In this document: positions 56,340-64,000 of the stretch, piece by piece | How the letters are laid out: every line of letters begins with the position of its first letter | How positions within the stretch are numbered: position 1 is the first letter of the stretch | Origin: a virus | Length of the DNA: 64,000 nt | Virus record (IMG/VR): IMGVR_UViG_3300043411_000610 | Span: 1 to 64,000 of that record | Strand: one strand, 5' to 3' | Program-made: the position numbers and the translations under genes | The notes under the pieces: generated by a model | The model's input: only the letters and a program-made list of their open reading frames with translations | The model's database searches: none | Told to the model about the DNA's origin: nothing

Positions 56340-56909
56340 TTAAATCTGTTTGTCAAGTAATTTGTTTAATTGTTCGTTCGCCATCTGTAAGCCTACAAAA
56401 TGAGAGAGTGCCCTGATATTGATTGCCTTACCGGCTTCATAGCAACCATGAGCAAATTCTGGATCGCCTGTTTCATCACAGATGTGTTCAACTAAACGAT
56501 ATTCAGGACATTCATCTAGATAATCAGTCCAATCTTCAGGTAAATCATCACCACCATAATCAGCAATCCATTCAGCCGCATGTTCGCCAATCCATTCATA
56601 TAATTTGGTATAACCATCAATATTATGTGCTTTTCCACAATAATATTCCCAATTATTGTCCGTAAATCCTAAAACTGAAATTGGTCGATAAAAATTATAA
56701 ATCTGTTCGCCTAGATCGCCATAAACCATGAGGCATCCACCAGAAGTTACATAGTGTATATAGAAATTAGAATCTCCTGGTGCTGCCCATTTGAGTCTTT
56801 CAATCTTAGATTTACCTTCACCAAAGACTTCATAGGTCGCAACATGGTCTTTAAACCAACGTTCTCGAATTTCGGTGATTCGTTTTTCTATAAATTCTTG
56901 TTTAGTCAT
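56340..56909 (-). CDS. Conserved phage hypothetical protein
   Basis: F..H-x-A, L-x-V-x-GDLGE, Y...K pattern. Confidence 0.7.
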   Translation of the reverse strand: MTKQEFIEKRITEIRERWFKDHVATYEVFGEGKSKIERLKWAAPGDSNFYIHYVTSGGCLMVYGDLGEQIYNFYRPISVLGFTDNNWEYYCGKAHNIDGYTKLYEWIGEHAAEWIADYGGDDLPEDWTDYLDECPEYRLVEHICDETGDPEFAHGCYEAGKAINIRALSHFVGLQMANEQLNKLLDKQI

Positions 56910-57688
56910 AAAAATAATGTTTCAATTTTATTTTCAACTTTAGTTAGGGGTGGAATATCAAGAATTTCTGTAACGGAACGACGGATAATCAAATTTGGAT
57001 TTTTACGTGCCGCATGTTTTGTGGGTAAGGACTCAATTTCGCTAATATTGAATGCCTTGTCAACCACTTTTCTGCGAATATAAGTTCCGCGTTTGAAGAA
57101 CGAGGGATAATCATTCCAATTAATACCCTTATTCATCAACATGTCTTGCTTTTGTGAACCATTTTTACCATGCAATTCTTTTGCAGAATAAAAATGATGT
57201 GCAGCCATAGAAATCGAATTTTTGGTTGCATCCCATTCTCTCCATAGAAAACAATTGGTGGCTTCTTCAAGTGTCGGAACCTGCCAAACTCGGGCATCAA
57301 ATGTAGGGTTCTTTTTAGAATATTGTGGATAAACTTCGGCAATAAGTTGATTAAATTTAAGAGTCGCTAATGCCGCTAGTTGACTAGTCATTTTCATGAT
57401 TCGTCCACCAAAGAAAATTTGACTTTTTGGATCAGTCACATACCATCCCAAAGAAATTTCGTCAGATTGGGTATAGCCAATATTTGCATTGGTTTCTTCC
57501 ACCAAAAATCGAGTTGTCTCAACCATACAATGACTCATTTTTGAGTCAAATGGGCGATCCATTCCTTTTGTAAAGGATGAAAATGATCGTCCATCAATGC
57601 GTGCAATAACTGGAAGTCTGGGAAGGAATACCCTAGATGATTCGATCCCTTCATAAAATTTCATTCTATCACCCAGTGTGTCATTCAT
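56906..57688 (-). CDS. Thg1-like tRNA(His) guanylyltransferase / 3'-5' polymerase
   Basis: RMK-x-YE, RIDGR-x-F..FT, RPFD, YTQSDEIS, FDAR, WR..DA-x-KNS, KRG. Confidence 0.94.
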   Translation of the reverse strand: MNDTLGDRMKFYEGIESSRVFLPRLPVIARIDGRSFSSFTKGMDRPFDSKMSHCMVETTRFLVEETNANIGYTQSDEISLGWYVTDPKSQIFFGGRIMKMTSQLAALATLKFNQLIAEVYPQYSKKNPTFDARVWQVPTLEEATNCFLWREWDATKNSISMAAHHFYSAKELHGKNGSQKQDMLMNKGINWNDYPSFFKRGTYIRRKVVDKAFNISEIESLPTKHAARKNPNLIIRRSVTEILDIPPLTKVENKIETLFL

Positions 57689-57924
57689 TTAGTTTTCTTT
57701 GGTGGAAGTTTAGGACAAAGAACCCAATAGTCGAGGTGCGTCCTACATGCAAAATATTCATTTCCGTCAATGACAACAATTTTATAATCAATTGTATCAG
57801 ATGCTCTTTGACCAACTTGCAAATGTTGTGTCGGATCATCCATTGCATCTGTCGGTTGTGCATTTTCAGGCACACAACTTGTCATTGTTATTACTAAAAT
57901 GCTAGACAGTAATTTGTTTTTCAT
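57685..57924 (-). CDS. Small putative lipoprotein
   Basis: Signal-like N-terminus with TSC; IDG-x-EY. Confidence 0.65.
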   Translation of the reverse strand: MKNKLLSSILVITMTSCVPENAQPTDAMDDPTQHLQVGQRASDTIDYKIVVIDGNEYFACRTHLDYWVLCPKLPPKKTK

Positions 57925-58445
57925 TCAGGATTATAATATAGTTTTAGTAGTTTGTCAAGCACATTTTTTCTCGGACTTTGGCCAGTTCCCCAATTTAGTC
58001 TTTTAATAATCCGACTCTTACCTAAGCCCAACCATTGTTCGTATTCTGCCAATTCTTTAAACATCACCTTTTTGTCCGAACCAAATTGTGTGGCTGTCAA
58101 ATCTATTACTTGACCACCAATTTCAGTAAAACAATGTCCCATATCAATTGCAGAGGCAAGCCTACAATTTATTGAAATATTTTCTTTTTCGACCACATTT
58201 TTCAAAAAGAAAGATGCAACTCCACACATACAGTGCAGATCATCTGATCGAAAATAATCGTATTCAACAGCATCCTGTGAAAATGCAAATTGTTCACAAA
58301 CAGCCCTACATTTATTTGCTATTCTACGAATTTTCGTATTCATCTTTGAAACATTGTTCACAACATCCAAAAAGTGGGTCAATTTTATTTTGGTGACAAA
58401 TATTACACATAGGTAATGACCAGAAATTAGACCACCATTGTTCAA
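57921..58445 (-). CDS. Hypothetical protein, transglutaminase/papain-like motifs (likely start 58340)
   Basis: C-x-x-AS, HCF, IDLTATQF. Confidence 0.55.
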   Translation of the reverse strand: MNNGGLISGHYLCVIFVTKIKLTHFLDVVNNVSKMNTKIRRIANKCRAVCEQFAFSQDAVEYDYFRSDDLHCMCGVASFFLKNVVEKENISINCRLASAIDMGHCFTEIGGQVIDLTATQFGSDKKVMFKELAEYEQWLGLGKSRIIKRLNWGTGQSPRKNVLDKLLKLYYNPE

Positions 58446-58447
58446 AT

Positions 58448-58735
58448 TTATTCCACATCTTTAGCTTCTCCAGCCCATACAGGACACGTTGTTAATGGAA
58501 TTAGGCTTCCAATACCGTCATTGCGTCGGGTCATTCCGCTCTGTCTGTCCGATGTATCGAATACACACGTTTCGTTTTGACCAAAGTGAGATGTTCGATA
58601 AAACATGCAAACTTTTCCACACGGAAAATCAGTTGCACAAGTAGGTTTACCGTCTTTATCACGGTAACGAGTGAGAGTTAATTGGTGTGGTTCTTCAGTG
58701 TGTTTCATAAAAATTAATACACAAAATGAGCACAT
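58448..58735 (-). CDS. Cys-rich hypothetical protein
   Basis: ORF in tiled run. Confidence 0.6.
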   Translation of the reverse strand: MCSFCVLIFMKHTEEPHQLTLTRYRDKDGKPTCATDFPCGKVCMFYRTSHFGQNETCVFDTSDRQSGMTRRNDGIGSLIPLTTCPVWAGEAKDVE

Positions 58736-58950
58736 TGTTCATCAATGCTAATAGTAGTTCTCTTGATTACTCGGTATTCATCTCCATTAAATTTAGGAAT
58801 GCCTAGACAAATAGACATAGCAATTTCTTCAGAATCAAATCCTTGAAAATCGGAGGAAACAATTTTATCTCCAACGGTTCCATACCAATCAAACCATCCC
58901 CTTTTAAGTATAGTTTCCAATTTTTGAATAAAATATTTTTCTGTTTTCAT
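58714..58950 (-). CDS. Hypothetical protein
   Basis: ATGA overlap. Confidence 0.6.
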   Translation of the reverse strand: MKTEKYFIQKLETILKRGWFDWYGTVGDKIVSSDFQGFDSEEIAMSICLGIPKFNGDEYRVIKRTTISIDEQCAHFVY

Positions 58951-59477
58951 TGTAGGACAATACCATATTTTTGCTTCATGTCAAGGAACCATTGTGGAGT
59001 ATTTTGTAGTCTATCCCATTTTGCAAATGGTTTATCAAACACATAATATAGCCGATATTGTTGCCAGACGGGCAGATCATTGAAATTACGGATACGTTTG
59101 CGGCATTCTTTATCGTCTTTAATTGCGGTCACAAATTGAGTCTGTTTGTCATCAGGAAGATTGAGTAGATTGACATTAGCATTACACCATTCTATTACTT
59201 CGGTAGATTTATGGATTTTACCATATCGCTTAGTATTTTCCGCTGATAATGCTCGGCCATAGTATATCATCCAATCAAAATTTTGTCGAGTTTGCCTAGC
59301 CCATTTAGTTGCTGGATGATTGGGGTTGCATTTTTTATATGGTGCAGTGATATCTTTGACCACAAAAGCATCACATAGCATTTGGGCGCATTCCAAAATA
59401 ATTTTCATGTGACGATCACAGTGCATTTGTGTGGCTTCTACCGGACAGCCAGTTTCAGATAGTTGAAATATGTTCAT
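58947..59477 (-). CDS. Pyrimidine dimer DNA glycosylase (DenV-related) family protein
   Basis: MNIF-x-L..HCD-x-H..ILE-x-AQML, NHP...W, RYGK-x-H, YR-x-YY..K. Confidence 0.8.
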   Translation of the reverse strand: MNIFQLSETGCPVEATQMHCDRHMKIILECAQMLCDAFVVKDITAPYKKCNPNHPATKWARQTRQNFDWMIYYGRALSAENTKRYGKIHKSTEVIEWCNANVNLLNLPDDKQTQFVTAIKDDKECRKRIRNFNDLPVWQQYRLYYVFDKPFAKWDRLQNTPQWFLDMKQKYGIVLQ

Positions 59478-59518
59478 ACCAAATTATACAATAATGTCTC
59501 CATCTGTCAATTTTTAAT

Positions 59519-61042
59519 TTAAATGTTAGCTTTTGTTAAAAACAAGTGTTGAAACTGCAATGCATCATTACCGTAACGATAGGTGAAGTATGATTTTAGT
59601 GCTGGAACTTCTTTATATAAAGTTATCACAAGATTGTCCCTCACACAGAAAACATAATTACCTCGATGTATAAAATCCGTAGGCGCACAATCATACCTCA
59701 GTAACATATTTTTCAACTTGAAAAGTGGAGTAATATTTACTTTTTTAGCTTTTTTGATTGTATTTGTGAACAAAACAGATGCCCGCGTTAAATCCATACC
59801 TGGATGAAGGGAAACCCATTTATGTGCAGCATGTTTAGTTGGTAGCATCATCCGGTGTAATTTGTTTTTTAATTGTCATACACATTGACTTATAATTTGA
59901 ACGGTCTTCCATCCAGATTTGGATCAAATGATACAGAATATTATCAGAATCATCACCTAAATCAATCGGATCAATATCAGATGGGTGTGTAAATTTCATT
60001 TCTTTTAGATCAAGCGCAACAATTGTTATGAAATGATACCAAAATCGCATTCCCTTAGATTCATTAACAAATTTCCAGATTAATGTGGTCGTATGTGAAT
60101 CACAGTATTTGCGGAAATAGGTGTGAACTAACTGAGATGTTTCTGTAAGTTCTGATGAAAACTGTTGAACTGGACACATATTTTCTCTAAATTCTCTCAA
60201 ATATTGCTCTGCCTGATTCACATGGCGCATAATAGAATATGGTTCAGTGTCCGCTCTTTCGGTCAAAAGCTCAGACAGTGCCTTGATTGCCCATGTAACT
60301 TCTTTACGATCCACATAGGCACGATATAATTTTTCAAAATCCGGTTTATTCATAGTCTAATCGTAGCGGTCTCCATCAAGTTTGTCAATTCAATTTTTAA
60401 CTTACACAATAACTCATCAGTTGATAAAAGTGGCTTAGGCATGGCCGGACCTGATTGTCTGATTAGAAATGGGGTGCCATCAATTGTTTTGTTATACACC
60501 GGATTATATTTCTCTTCAACCATTGTAAATTCATGATCAATATCATCATAAGTATGATGCCACCCATCATCTGTATATTCATAACCATTTTTAGCTAAAA
60601 ATTTGGCACGTAGAACAGACAATTCGTGTTCTTTTTCTTTTTTATAAAATTCTGTCCATTCGTCACCCCAAGGACGATGATCTCTGTGTGATCTAGTGTG
60701 GGAGAAATATGAAAAATATGGGACTCGTCCAAAATCATTGAGAAGGAATTCATAGATTTCTTTCGATGTTTCGGAAATTTGGTGATGTATTTTAAGTATC
60801 ATGGTTTTTTAAATCATATACCATTTTTCCCATGCCGCTAATGCATCTTCTGGTGTATTAAACACCACATCAGGATAATAAGCATCTATTTTACCTCTAC
60901 CCGCAAGATACCCTTTTGTTGCACCATTCATTAATGCGACTGCCCGTTTTTGGGTGTTATGGTCAAATTCAACATAGTATATGTATTCATTGATATTTTG
61001 ATCTATTTTATACGAACGAGGAATTAACGTTGGACGATTCAT
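59519..61042 (-). other. Four hypothetical genes (59519..59851, 59835..60353, 60350..60802, 60809..61042)
   Basis: Tiled minus-strand ORFs. Confidence 0.65.
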
Positions 61043-61169
61043 GTTGGACTATAAGCCAGGGAAATACAAAAGTCAACAAAAACAGTTTTTTGCAAATAAT
61101 ACTTGACCGGGCAGAATAATGTGTTAGAATGTGGGCGTTCCAGAAAGGAATATAACAAAACAAACAAAA

Positions 61170-61532
61170 ATGAATACAACAGTAAAAACAGTAAACAGTG
61201 TAGTTACCGGAACTCCGGTAAAGGTCAATCCAGTGCAACTCGTCAAGTCTGCCGCCCGATATGGCACCAGTGTTGACGAACTACTGGCATCATATGTGAG
61301 CACGCCAGACAAGCAGCATTTGGCAAGTCTAAACCTCACTCGTGAGGAAGTCGAAACACAATTCCCAAATATTCATCCGAATATTCTTAACAAGTTGCGG
61401 GTTTTCAAGAAGATTCGCAAGCCTCGCACACCAAAGGTTGTTGTAGAACCAACTCCAGTTGTTGTGACCGAAGTTGTGGACACAGCAGAAGAAGTTTTTG
61501 TCGTGACCGAAGAAGAACCTGTAACTGCCTAA
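61170..61532 (+). CDS. Hypothetical protein with basic patch and acidic tail
   Basis: Behind TTGACC-16-TAGAAT promoter; ATG 61170 preferred to GTG 61131. Confidence 0.7.
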   Translation: MNTTVKTVNSVVTGTPVKVNPVQLVKSAARYGTSVDELLASYVSTPDKQHLASLNLTREEVETQFPNIHPNILNKLRVFKKIRKPRTPKVVVEPTPVVVTEVVDTAEEVFVVTEEEPVTA

Positions 61533-61535
61533 TAT

Positions 61536-61709
61536 ATGTCTGATAACCGCGCAATCGTAACCGTTATTCTTGGTGTTGCTTTTTTGGTTTTTCTATGTCT
61601 CACCATTTATAATGTGGAAACAGAAAATACAGCACGAGAAGCAATCAAGGCTGGATTGGTTCAAAAACGTGATCCAGGAAATATGCCTCCTATTTGGACT
61701 CGGCCTTAA
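61536..61709 (+). CDS. Small membrane protein (57 aa, below track cutoff)
   Basis: MSDNRAIVTVILGVAFLVFLCLTIYN..EAIKAGLVQ..W. Confidence 0.65.
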   Translation: MSDNRAIVTVILGVAFLVFLCLTIYNVETENTAREAIKAGLVQKRDPGNMPPIWTRP

Positions 61710-62017
61710 CACATAACCAGACGTTTAAAAAGCATGTTATATGTGAGTGGGTGACTTACGGAAATCCCACATTTTTTAAAATGAGCGCAATAAATTACTT
61801 GATTCTATTGGCATTAACTGATACATTAATAACTATTATGGAACACATTTTCGAACCAAAACTAGCAAAAATTAAGAACGATTATAATATTGACGGAAAT
61901 GCTGTCCCTGCACTAGGTTGTCTAGTTCTGGCCGGTGCGCCCATCGGTGTAATTATCATCACACTATTTTATCTAATTTCAGACAAATATTTTTAAGTTA
62001 TTGTAAATAAAACCGAA

Positions 62018-62287
62018 ATGGACTTAGAAACATATGTTGCACAGTTGGAAGGAATGGTAGAAGATGATGGAATTGAAATCAGTCCCAAGACCTTGGAAAG
62101 GCTTGCAAAACGAGCAATTCAACTAGTTCAAGACGAAGTATCAGAAGATGAAATTTTTGATGAACTAGCAGAAGTCTTGCCTAAGAAACATGCGAATGAT
62201 GAAGCCGTGTGGGAAATGCTTTCTCAATTTTCAGAATTCGTGATAGCCGAATTGGGTAACACCGATATTCAAGATGAAGAAGAATAA
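62018..62287 (+). CDS. Acidic hypothetical protein
   Basis: Asp/Glu-rich ORF, TAAATA upstream. Confidence 0.7.
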   Translation: MDLETYVAQLEGMVEDDGIEISPKTLERLAKRAIQLVQDEVSEDEIFDELAEVLPKKHANDEAVWEMLSQFSEFVIAELGNTDIQDEEE

Positions 62288-62480
62288 TTATTATTATGCA
62301 ATATTCTGGTTAAATTTTGATAATTTTCGAGGAATTTTTGTGTCTGATAAAGAATATAAAAATTCGTCCGATATATGTAAACAATGGACAGAACAATCTA
62401 ATTCAGATGATCATTATTCATCGTTTATTGCATTTGATGCTACTGGTGATACGGTAGTGAGTTATTCGGTTGACACATAG
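62274..62480 (+). CDS. Hypothetical protein
   Basis: ORF in tiled run. Confidence 0.6.
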   Translation: MKKNNYYYAIFWLNFDNFRGIFVSDKEYKNSSDICKQWTEQSNSDDHYSSFIAFDATGDTVVSYSVDT

Positions 62481-62829
62481 TTAAAATCTCTAAAAGAAAT
62501 GGGCTTTGATCAATATGCACAATCGTTTTTTAATTATGTAATGTCCTGGACATTGGTGAACGGCCAACATTTTGAATATTGGGTAAAGGCAATGGAAACG
62601 AAGAAATTGAACAATAATTCTTGACAAACCTTTAAGTCGTATTATGTTGTGGTATGAATATAATTAATGCTATTAAAAACTGGTGGGCAAATATTACTGC
62701 TGTTGAAATGTGCCCGGATTGTGGAAAATATGAGACTGATGTAGTATTTGGTTGCTGCGCCGAATGTTTTCTTAATGTTACAAACGAATAAATTATTTGA
62801 CAGCAAATAAAGCTGGAGTATTATATCCC

Positions 62830-64000
62830 ATGATCCTAAACACAAAAACCGTTCCTACAATTATATCTGAGGGGATGGAATCGACTAAGGTAAACATTTC
62901 CGTTAAGAAGATTTCACAACTTCAGAGTGCTCTTCGAGATAAAGTTTATACTGATAAAATTCTGGCACCCGTGAGGGAAATATGTTGCAATGCGATTGAT
63001 GAACATCGTAAGTTTAATATTGAACGCCCAGTTGAAATTGGAATGCGTTATAATGTTGATGGGACTTGCGAATTTTATGTTCGTGACTTTGCCAAGGGCT
63101 TGTCTGATCACGACATTAAAAATATGTTGTATTGTTATATCGAATCTACAAAGGACACTTCTAATGAAGCAAACGGGGGATTTGGTATTGGAGCACTATC
63201 ACCAAATGCATATACCGATACTTTTTATACCAATTCATATTTTAATGGAATAAAAACGGCTTATGTTATTACATTGGATAGCGATGAACATGGATTACCA
63301 GTAGGAACGATCATCAATCTAGATTCTCAACCGACTGAAGAATCCGGGCTTGAAGTTATTGTTCCCATTACCAAAGGTGATTATCATAGATTTGCTCAAA
63401 AAATATATGATTTTGTTAGATTTTGCCCGTCCAGTATTGTTGCTAAAATCGAGGGTGAAGATGATCTGTTTCCGAAACAATTTTCACTAGAAAGTATTAA
63501 GAAAGATTATAAATTTCGAATTTATGATTATTCATCTGATAATAGGAAGAATGTTCATTATCAGCAAGGTGATGTGATCTACCGATCTGAATATTCGGAA
63601 AGTCTTAGAGACGGAAAGGTTTTGGTTATAAATATACCAATTGGTAGGCTAAGTCTTCCAATGTCTCGTGAAGCATTTGAAGACACTCGGGCAAACCAAA
63701 GAATTTTAGAAGATATTAAAAAATATATTGTAGAACTAGAAGATGAAGATATGGCGGGTTTCCGTAATTATTCGGTTGATGATCTACTAAAAGATCGTGA
63801 AGAAGATTATTTTAAAGGTCAGATTTTTACTTGTAAAAAGTCTAAAATCTTTCCCAATACTGCACAAATTTTGGGTGATCTTCAAAAAACGATGTTTGGA
63901 GAAAATACGCCAGATTTTGAACTCCATGAAGGTAAGGTTGTGATCGGTATTATTCCTAATAATAAGGCAAAGGATATGTGGCGAGATCGTCTAATGGATT
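62830..64000 (+). CDS. rIIA: rIIA-like protein (GHKL/Hsp90-type ATPase N-terminus), partial
   Basis: Hand translation MILNTKTV..L-x-DKVY-x-DKILA-x-VREI-x-CNA-x-D..VRDF-x-x-GL..STK..GGFGIG..P-x-AY; runs off window. Confidence 0.85.
   Translation, partial: MILNTKTVPTIISEGMESTKVNISVKKISQLQSALRDKVYTDKILAPVREICCNAIDEHRKFNIERPVEIGMRYNVDGTCEFYVRDFAKGLSDHDIKNMLYCYIESTKDTSNEANGGFGIGALSPNAYTDTFYTNSYFNGIKTAYVITLDSDEHGLPVGTIINLDSQPTEESGLEVIVPITKGDYHRFAQKIYDFVRFCPSSIVAKIEGEDDLFPKQFSLESIKKDYKFRIYDYSSDNRKNVHYQQGDVIYRSEYSESLRDGKVLVINIPIGRLSLPMSREAFEDTRANQRILEDIKKYIVELEDEDMAGFRNYSVDDLLKDREEDYFKGQIFTCKKSKIFPNTAQILGDLQKTMFGENTPDFELHEGKVVIGIIPNNKAKDMWRDRLMD

Noticed and set aside
1-64000. Genome-wide stop-codon recoding (TAG or TGA)
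   Set aside because: Conserved genes are full length in code 11, many use ATGA overlaps or TAG stops, and no CTA/TCA suppressor tRNA was found.

Overview
AT-rich 64 kb segment of a large (jumbo/huge) T4-like tailed phage genome, standard genetic code. Left to right: Cys/Thr-rich putative virion genes (1-8.5 kb); a translation/repair block (DprA/SLOG-like, monomeric organellar-type PheRS, NADAR, 2H phosphoesterase, ATP-grasp); a ~6 kb RNA operon (14.4-20.4 kb) with ~21 recognisable tRNAs, at least 6 tRNA-shaped RNAs with rebuilt or missing arms, several unexplained structured RNAs, a 36-codon leader ORF and inserted endonuclease genes, followed by IF-1; a tail-tube-like gene, phosphatase, RNase H, clamp loader and AAA ATPase; a ~6.3 kb DNA methyltransferase island with a truncated IS607 TnpA and a LAGLIDADG gene; LemA-like, coaB/coaC, M23, 3D-domain and S8 protease genes; a C5 methyltransferase split by a 13-bp duplication; nrdAB, thyX, Thg1-like, DenV-like and a partial rIIA. 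Promoters (TTGACA-16/18-TAnnnT and TAAATA) sit right in front of start codons with no Shine-Dalgarno, implying leaderless or short-leader mRNAs. The most unusual element is the RNA operon: a leader peptide sampling 19 of 20 amino acids ahead of an array of canonical, class-swapped, topologically rearranged and anticodon-less tRNA-like RNAs. All calls come from motif reading and hand folding; no searches were run.
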